NCBI GenBank assembly: GCA_016708565.1
Contig: JADJFN010000037.1
Span: forward strand, 128,001 to 151,038
Length of the DNA stretch: 23,038 nucleotides
Source of the DNA: Myxococcales bacterium
Lineage (GTDB): Bacteria > Myxococcota_A > Polyangia > Haliangiales > Haliangiaceae
Reading direction: 5' to 3'
Made by a program: the position numbers and the translations under genes. This document shows, one piece after another, positions 16,283-23,038 of this stretch (position 1 is its first letter; each line of letters begins with the position of its first letter). Below the pieces are notes generated by a model that was not told where the DNA came from, did no database searches, and saw only the letters and a program-made list of their open reading frames with translations.

Positions 16283-16305
16283 GCGTCACGCGACGTGGAC
16301 CTGGA

Positions 16306-16962
16306 TCAGGCCATGCCGGCGGCCTTCGCCACCTCGGTCGCGAAGTCGTCCTTCTTCTTCTCGAGGCCCTCGCCCAGCTCGAAGCGGGCGAAGCGGCGGA
16401 CCTTGATGTTCTCGCCGATCTTCGCGATCAGCTCCTGCTGGAGCTGCTCGATGGTCTTGTCGGGGTTCTTCACGAACGGCTGGTCGAGCAGGCAGATGTC
16501 CTTGAGCCACTTGCTGAGCTGGCCCTCGACCATCTTCTGCGCGATCGCCTCGGGCTTGCCGCTCTCGACGGCCTTGGCCACCAGCACGGCGCGCTCGCGG
16601 GCGATGACGTCCTCGGCGACCTCCTCGCGGCGGACGAACTGCGGGCCCATCGCGGCGATCTGCATCGCGACGTCCTTCGTGAAGCCGACGAAGTCCTCGT
16701 TGCGGGCGACGAAGTCGGTCTCGCAGTTGATCTCGACGAGGACGCCGATGCGGCCGCCGCCGTGGATGTACGAGACGACGGCGCCCTCGGTGGCCTCGCG
16801 GCCGGCCTTCTTGGCGGCCTTGGCCAGGCCCTTGGCGCGGAGGAAGTCGATCGACTTCTCCATGTCGCCGTCGCACTCGACCAGCGCCTTCTTGCAGTCG
16901 GCCATGCCGGCGCCGGTGCGCTCGCGCAGATCCTTGATCATCGTGGCGGTCACTTCAGCCAT
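16306..16962 (-). CDS. tsf: Elongation factor Ts (short form).
   Basis: 'MAEVTATMIKDLRERTGAGMADCKKAL' closely matches the EF-Ts N-terminus. Confidence 0.95.
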   Translation of the reverse strand: MAEVTATMIKDLRERTGAGMADCKKALVECDGDMEKSIDFLRAKGLAKAAKKAGREATEGAVVSYIHGGGRIGVLVEINCETDFVARNEDFVGFTKDVAMQIAAMGPQFVRREEVAEDVIARERAVLVAKAVESGKPEAIAQKMVEGQLSKWLKDICLLDQPFVKNPDKTIEQLQQELIAKIGENIKVRRFARFELGEGLEKKKDDFATEVAKAAGMA

Positions 16963-17042
16963 GGGAGTCTCCTGATGCTCGATGCGAGAAAGCCGCGGAC
17001 CTGGCCGCGGCGCGTTCAGTCAGTGGGAACGGGGCGCGGGAT

Positions 17043-17921
<879 letters not shown>

Positions 17922-18011
17922 GGTCGTAGCTCGCTTTCTTCCGTTGGGCCTCCGGCGCGTCGTCGGACCCCTGACACCCGCTAGGCGGGCACGGACGAGG
18001 TCCTCGGCAAC

Positions 18012-18027
18012 CGTGGGAGTTGTGGGA
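18012..18027 (+). promoter_or_regulatory. Tandem GTGGGAG-TTGTGGGAG motif about 98 nt upstream of the rpsB start. It shares the TTGTGGGA core with the 11034 and 11113 repeats.
   Basis: Read directly. Same orientation relative to the downstream minus-strand gene and at a similar distance as the repeats upstream of the 10942 gene. Confidence 0.3.
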
Positions 18028-18158
18028 GCGCGCGATCTAGCACGCCCGAGCGGCGCGAGGCAAGGTCCTGGATCGACGGTGTTTCCTCAGTGATCGCGTA
18101 GTGTTGGCGCAGCGCAGGTGGCACCGGCGCTGGCGGTGGTGCGGCCCCTTGGTCGGCC

Positions 18159-18650
18159 CTAGCGGATCGCGGCGATGACGGCGGGCAGGGCGGCGTAGTC
18201 GGAGGCGCGGGGCTCGTCGAGGCGCAGCCGGACCCGGCCGGCGGCGTCGACGATCAGCACGGTGGGCAGCTGGTGGACGCCGAGCGGCGGGCCCTCGACG
18301 GTCTGGGTGCGATCGCGGCCGATCGGGAAGCGGGCGGGGACCTCGGCGAGGAACGCGTCGACTGCGGCGTCGTCCTCGTCGACCGACAGCCCGAGCACCG
18401 CGACGGTGGGATCGGCGGCCAGGTCGTTGAGGTGCGGGAACGAGTGCTTGCAGGGCAGGCAGTAGCTGGCCCACACGTCGATCACGACGACCTTGCCGGC
18501 CAGCTCGGCGCTGGCCCAGGTGCCGCCGCCGCGCAGCGGGTAGCTCAGCGCGGGGAGCGGCGCCGCCTGCTCGGCGGGCACCGCGGTCGGCGGCGGCGGC
18601 GCGCTGGCGCACGCGGCGGCGAGGAGGGACGACAGCAGCAGCGAGCGCAT
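18159..18650 (-). CDS. TlpA/ResA-like thiol:disulfide oxidoreductase (thioredoxin fold, CxxC), lipoprotein.
   Basis: Lipoprotein signal 'MRSLLLSSLLAAACASAPP'. Active site 'WASYCLPCKHSFP'. 163 aa. Confidence 0.85.
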   Translation of the reverse strand: MRSLLLSSLLAAACASAPPPPTAVPAEQAAPLPALSYPLRGGGTWASAELAGKVVVIDVWASYCLPCKHSFPHLNDLAADPTVAVLGLSVDEDDAAVDAFLAEVPARFPIGRDRTQTVEGPPLGVHQLPTVLIVDAAGRVRLRLDEPRASDYAALPAVIAAIR

Positions 18651-18706
18651 CGCCGCACCATAGCCCGCGCGGTTGCGCGCGCCACGCGATCGGCCAAGCT
18701 GCCGCG

Positions 18707-19424
18707 ATGCGCATCCGGGTCGCGGTCGCCGCCGCGCTGATCATGCTCCCCGCCACCCCGCGGCTGGCCGAGGCTTGAGGCATCGGTGCGCCCGTCGGTC
18801 CGACGGGCTGTGAGGGGGAACGCGCCGCCGACGACCACGTACTTCGTGAGCGTCGCGGCCGCGGCGGCGTCGACCCGGCTGGTGTTCGACGGCGATCGCG
18901 ACGTCGAGCTCGACCAGCAGGCGATCACCGTGAGCGTCGGCCAGGTGCGGCCGTCGCGGTGGAGCGTGCGCGCGTCGCTGGGCGCGGTGCTCGACGGCGC
19001 GCTGGCCGGCGAGGGCCGGCGCTACCAGCTCGACCCTGGCGTGGTCGGCGCGATCGCGATCGCGCGGCCGTGGACCTGGGGGCCGTGGTTCGTGCACGGC
19101 ACGGCGTCGCTGGGCGCGTCGCGGGTCACGACCACCGAGCGGGTGGCCGGCGCGCCGACCGAGGGCCTGGTGGCGATCGACGCGCGGATCGGCGCGACCG
19201 CCGGCCGCCAGCTGGGCCCGGTCATGCCCTACGCGCTGGCCCGCGCGTTCGGCGGGCCGGTGCTGTGGACGATCGACGGCGCCGGCGTGACCGGCACCGA
19301 CGCCTACCACGTGCAGCTCGGCGCCGGCGCGACGCTGTCGATCGGCGACGCCTGGTCGGTGATGATCGACGTCGCCGCGCTGGGCGAGCGCGCCGCGTCG
19401 GTCGGCGTGAGCTGGCGGCGGTAG
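18707..19424 (+). CDS. Secreted beta-rich hypothetical protein. The signal-peptide exon ('MRIRVAVAAALIMLPATPRLAEA', frame 2) is separated from the mature-domain frame (from 18786, frame 0) by an apparent 1-nt frameshift near C4 runs at about 18745-18790.
   Basis: Both frames show high GC3, and the GC3 signal switches frame around 18760-18786. The frame-2 reading is a canonical signal peptide ending AEA followed by TGA. Confidence 0.5.
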
Positions 19425-19442
19425 CGCGGCCGCGGCGCGACG

Positions 19443-19782
19443 CTAGCGTGGGGGCGTGGGCGTGAACGCGGCGCGGATGTAGGCCAGCACCTGGCGCTGC
19501 TGCTCGGCGCTGAGGATCGCCCGCCACGCGGGCATCGCGCCGATGCGCCCGACCGTGCCGTCCGCGATGCTGCGCAGGAGCGCGTCGTCGGGGCGCGCCA
19601 GCGCGCGCGTCGCCGACGAAGTCGGCGGCCAGCTTCCCATCGAGGCCGCGGCCGTCGGCCTGGTGGCAGGCCTGGCAGTGCGTCGCGTAGATCGCGCGCC
19701 CCGGCAGGTCGCTGGCGGGGGCGGCGGTCGTGGGCAGGCCGACGCCGCGGGCCAACAGCGCGGCGCAGGCGACGGCGATCAC
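19443..19782 (-). CDS. Small class-I c-type cytochrome (CQACH haem motif), with an apparent 1-nt frameshift in a (GC)n tract at about 19598-19615.
   Basis: The N-terminal part ('...AIYATHCQACHQADGRGLDGKLAADFVGD') is in one frame and the C-terminal part ('RALARPDDALLRSIADGTVGRIGAMPAWRAILSAEQQRQVLAYIRAAF') in another. Together they form a typical cytochrome c fold signature. The GTG start overlaps the upstream gene stop (GTGA). Confidence 0.68.
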
Positions 19783-20179
19783 CAGGCAGGGAGCTGCAGC
19801 ACCGCGCAGCGCGACATCCGGGCAAACTGGCCCGGGCGCGGCTCGATCGGCCGCTTGCGCGCGTGGCGGAAGTGCCACGGCAGCACCACGTACTGCGGGT
19901 AGACCTCGAGCCCGACCATCGCGGCGATCGCACCCAGCTTCACCCAGAACACCGGGTTGGCGCTGTAGAAGGCCAGCGGCTTTCGAGCTGCCCGAACAGC
20001 CGCCACAGCCCGCCGCCGAACAGCAGCAGCGCGGCGATGCCGTTGCCGTTGTCGGCGAAGCGGGTGGCGGCGACGTCCTGCCGTCGCAGCGCGACCAGCC
20101 GCAGCGCGCCGAACGCGGCGGCGAGCGCGAAGCCGCCCACATGGACGATCGAGGCGATGGCCGCGGTGAGGCCGGGCAT
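19779..20179 (-). CDS. DUF2214-like small polytopic membrane protein, with an apparent 1-nt frameshift at an A/T run at about 19978-19990.
   Basis: N-terminal frame 'MPGLTAAIASIVHVGGFALAAAFGALRLVALRR...LLLFGGGLWRLFGQLE'. C-terminal frame 'KPLAFYSANPVFWVKLGAIAAMVGLEVYPQYVVLPWHFRHARKRPIEP'. Restoring one A gives a continuous ~130-aa protein. The family assignment is from memory. Confidence 0.5.
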
Positions 20180-20210
20180 CGCGGCGATGGTAGCGAGCGA
20201 TCGCCGCGCG

Positions 20211-21679
20211 CTACCAGGCGTCGCCGACGGTCGCGGTCGGCAGGGCGTCGTGGATGGCGCGGGCGAGGGCGGCGCGGCGGCCAGCGGGGACGCGCAGCCA
20301 GACCGCGACGACGCGGCGGCGATCGCGGTGGACGATCGCGCTGGGCCCGCTGTGCGCGGTGACGGTCACGAGGTCGCGCAGCGGGACCGCGCCGACGCGC
20401 GGCGAGGTGACGGTCAGGTCGAGGTGCGGCTCCTCGCCGGGCGGCCAGGCGATCCGGACCTCGAGCTCGTCGGGCCCGTCGACGACGTGGCTGAGCGGTG
20501 CGTCGCCCAGCGAGACCCGCAGCGCGTCGGCGACCGCGACCACCGGGACGCCGAGGTCGGCGGCGCGGGCGCGATCGATCGTGATCTCGCGGCTGACGGC
20601 CCGGCGCGGATCGACGAGCGGCGGGTAGCTGGCGGCGGTGAGCGGGCGACGGCGCGCTCGCCGGTGGTCAGCGCGACGTCGAGGTCGGCGGCCGGCAGCA
20701 GCGCCTCGAGCGCGACCACGCCGCGCCCGGCCCAGCGGACCGCGCCGAGGCCGCGGCGCGCGACGATCCCGTCGATCGCGGCCAGCGCGCGCTCGTCGAC
20801 GCCGGCCGCGACCAGCACCTCGAGCGCGGGCGGCTCGCGGCGCACGCGCACGGCGGCGCGCCGGCTCGCAGCAGCTCGCCGGCGATCGCGTCGACGTCGG
20901 CGTCGGCGTCGGGCAGCGCGACCAGCCCGACCACGGTCTGCGGCGGCAGCACCTCGGCCCCGCCGTCGCGCAGCGCCGCGGCCACCGCCCGTGCCGTCGC
21001 TGGCGACCGGACCTCGATCGCGACGATCAGCCCGGGCCCGGCCGGCGTGTGACCGACGCACGACGCCACGGCGGCGCGCTCGAGGACCGCGACGTCGCGC
21101 AGCCGCACGCCGTCGCGCAGCGGCAGGCCTTCGAGGTCGGCGAGCCCGGCGCCGGTGGTGCGGATCGTCGTGGCGACGCCGGTGGCGTCGATGCGCCCGG
21201 CCGGCAGCGCGGTGTTGGCGCGCAGCGCCGCCAGCAGGTCCGTGGCGGTCAGCCCATACGCGGCCAGCCGCGCCGGATCGAGCCGCACCTGCAGCTGGTC
21301 GTCGACGAGGCCGCACACGTCGACCGCGGTCACGCCTTCCAGCACCTCGGTGCGCCGCTGCAGCTCGCGGCCGCGGTCGGTGGCGCGGCGCGGATCGTCG
21401 GTCGCCGGCAGCGGCACGATGGCGAGCACCGTCGGCGTGCGCCACGCGCGGGTGATCATCGGCGGCCGGGCGTCCGGCCGGCAGTCGGGGCAGGGCGGGT
21501 GATCGCGTCGCGGGCCGCCGCGGCGAGCCGCTCGACGGCGGCCGGCGACCGCGCGGCCAGCTCGATGACGGCGACGTCTCGACCGCGCGGCCGTCGACGC
21601 GCGCCACGCCCGGCAAGCCGGCGTCGCCGCAGCCGATGAACGCGGCGAGCGCGGCGAGCGCGAGGGTGCGGCGACGCAT
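20211..21679 (-). pseudogene. RND-transporter (AcrB/CzcA-type) periplasmic porter-domain-like gene with a lipoprotein signal ('MRRRTLALAALAAFIGCGD'). It is fragmented over three frames and lacks the transmembrane domains. Probable relic.
   Basis: Frame segments 'DVCGLVDDQLQVRLDPARLAAYGLTATDLLAALRANTALPAGRID...VRLRDVAVLE...IVAIEVRSP...LRDGGAEVLPPQTVVGLVALPDADA' and 'VPLRDLVTVTAHSGPSAIVHRDRRRVVAVWLRVPAG...LPTATVGDAW' resemble the repeated AcrB porter subdomains. There are several frame switches, and about 1.5 kb is too short for a full RND pump. Confidence 0.4.
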
Positions 21680-21704
21680 GCGCGATCAGGTACCACACGC
21701 GCGA

Positions 21705-22057
21705 TCACTCCGCGGTGATGCCCCCGAACACCTGGTACTGGCCGGGCTGCACCTCGACCCGATCGAGCGTCAGCGTCCACAGGCCCGAGACGTTGTCGCT
21801 GCCGAGCTCGAAGGTGTCGAACAGCGCGCCGTCGACGCGGACCTCCAGCGCGCCGTTGGCGACGTCCCGGGGCGCGGTGAGCGTGGCCGCGGGGACGCTG
21901 CCGTAGTCGGTCGCGCCGACCTCGACCCGCAGCGTGACGTCGGCCTGGTTGTCGACCTGGATCTGCTTCTCGCCGGCGCCGTCGTCATCGGTGCAGGCGC
22001 CGGCGAGCGCGAGGCTGAGGGGAGGAGCGCGGCGAGGCGGAGCGGGGAGGCGGGCAT
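21705..22057 (-). CDS. Small lipoprotein, with an apparent 1-nt frameshift in a C4/G4 run at about 22015-22025 inside the signal peptide.
   Basis: ATG at 22055-22057 gives 'MPASPLRLAALL'. After the shift it reads 'PLSLALAGACTDDDGAGEKQIQVDNQADVTLRVEVGATDYG...' through to the stop at 21705. Lipobox LAGAC. Confidence 0.5.
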
Positions 22058-22180
22058 GGCCGCGACCACAGCAACCCGCGGGCCAGCGGTCGCGACCGCG
22101 ACCGGCGCCCGCCTGGCCCGCCGTCATGACCGCGCGTTCACGGCGCGTGCGTCGCCGGATGGTCGCGGTAGCCTCGACGT

Positions 22181-22579
22181 GTGATCGTCACCCCGGTGCG
22201 CTGCGAGACCCAGCCGCCGCCGCGCGTGGCCCCGCCGGTCGCGCGCGCGCCGGACGACGAGGACGCCGACGCGCCGGCCGGCGACCTGGTGTGCGCGACG
22301 TGCGGGCGGCGGGTCACCCACGACGACCACCGCGTCGCGGTCAACGGCGCGCACGAGCACACGTTCGTCAACCCCGGCGGCTTCGTCCACGTCGTCGGCT
22401 GCTTCGCGCTGGCCACCGGCCTGGCCTACGTCGGTGATCCGCAGTCGGCGTTCTCGTGGTTCCCCGGCTTCCGCTGGCAGATCGCCGCGTGCGGCGGCTG
22501 CGTGCACCTCGGCTGGATCTTCCGCGCCGCCGGCGATCAGTTTCACGGCCTGTTGCCGGCGCAGCTACGGCGCGGCTGA
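22181..22579 (+). CDS. Bacterial cereblon-like CULT-domain protein (thalidomide-binding-domain homolog, Yippee/MsrB-like beta-tent zinc fold).
   Basis: 'LVCATCGRRV...HEHTFVNPGGFVHVVGCFALATGLAYVGDPQSAFSWFPGFRWQIAACGGCVHLGWIF' aligns motif-for-motif with the human CRBN thalidomide-binding domain ('[26 protein letters not shown]'). Both CxxC pairs and the three cage Trp are present. GTG start. Confidence 0.8.
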   Translation: MIVTPVRCETQPPPRVAPPVARAPDDEDADAPAGDLVCATCGRRVTHDDHRVAVNGAHEHTFVNPGGFVHVVGCFALATGLAYVGDPQSAFSWFPGFRWQIAACGGCVHLGWIFRAAGDQFHGLLPAQLRRG

Positions 22580-22600
22580 CGCAGCTACGGCGCGGCTGAC
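22561..22600. repeat. Perfect 20-bp tandem duplication (gcagctacggcgcggctgac x2). The first copy contains the stop codon of the CULT gene.
   Basis: Read directly. Confidence 0.85.
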
Positions 22601-23038
22601 GCGCGCAGCACGCCGACCCGGCTGCCGCGCGGCACGCCGTCGGTGAGCATCGCCGCGGCCGCGTCGGCGTAGGGCACCGTCATCGCGCCGAGCTGCGCCA
22701 GGAAGCGCGGCAACAGCAACGCCGCCGGCAGCGGCGGCCCCGCCATCGGCAGGCGATCGATCGCCAGCCGCGCGCGCTGGCCCGAGCGCGGGCCCTCGAG
22801 CATCGGCCCCGGGGCACAAGAGCCGCCAGTCGATCGTCGACGCTCGCAGCCGGCGCAGGTTGGCGCCGTGCGGCCAGAACAGCGCGCGCACGCCGGGCAG
22901 GTCCATGCCGGTGCGGTCGCTGTCACCGAGCTCCGAGCAGGCCGGCGCCGGCGGTGAACCACGCCGCCGGGCGCGCGTCCGGCGGCAGCGCCTCGAGCGC
23001 GGTCACGAGCCGATCGACCAGCGCGACGAAGCGATCGC
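22585..23038 (-). pseudogene. NAD(P)H-binding (NmrA/atypical-SDR-like) protein, C-terminal part. The gene continues beyond the window and is spread over three frames.
   Basis: Frame pieces 'DRFVALVDRLVTALEALPPDARPAAWFTAGAGLLGA', 'DLPGVRALFWPHGANLRRLRASTIDWRLLCPG' and 'AIDRLPMAGPP...LAQLGAMTVPYADAAAAMLTDGVPRGSRVGVL' each have high GC3 and resemble the C-terminal half of NAD(P)H-binding domain proteins. At least two frame switches. Confidence 0.35.

Noticed and set aside
19741-19830. 'MSRCAVLQLPAW' read as the start of the cytochrome c signal peptide
   Set aside because: It is in frame with, and forms the C-terminal tail of, the upstream DUF2214-like gene. The cytochrome more likely starts at the GTG overlapping that gene's TGA stop.
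20187-20215. Hairpin tggtagcg-N13-cgctacca between the RND-like relic and the DUF2214-like gene as a regulatory element
   Set aside because: Short stem with a 13-nt loop in a GC-rich context. Such structures occur by chance at this GC content. Noted but not called.

Overview
This 23 kb window is about 72% GC with very high third-codon-position GC in the real genes, and reads as a myxobacterial chromosome segment. Evidence for that: a MYXO-CTERM sorting tail, many lipoprotein and secreted genes, and a Ser/Thr-kinase-like pseudokinase. Because of the GC content all six frames carry long spurious ORFs, so I chose frames by GC3, homology, signal peptides and start context.

Gene content, 5'->3'. 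A pseudokinase 3' fragment is followed by a two-domain AAA+ ATPase and a DUF1579-like gene on the plus strand. A tightly packed minus-strand operon follows: DUF362+CBM9-like lipoprotein, a small P/A-rich lipoprotein, a ferritin-like diiron protein, a SAM-methyltransferase, DUF72 and a histone-H1-like AKPAAK-repeat protein. Then come hpf and a Cys-rich secreted protein, separated by an AT-rich intergenic island with GATATTGTGGGA direct repeats. The conserved translation cluster rpsB-tsf-//-pyrH-frr is interrupted between tsf and pyrH by about 3.3 kb of accessory genes (secreted and MYXO-CTERM proteins). The right-hand part holds a TlpA-like thiol:disulfide oxidoreductase, a c-type cytochrome, a DUF2214-like membrane protein, an RND-porter-like relic, a cereblon-like CULT-domain protein and a partial NAD(P)H-binding-like gene.

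From about 14.8 kb rightward, at least seven accessory genes show apparent +/-1 frameshifts at homopolymers or simple repeats, while the conserved genes are intact. This is either real gene decay or indel errors in the assembly. No rRNA, tRNA or CRISPR array was detected.
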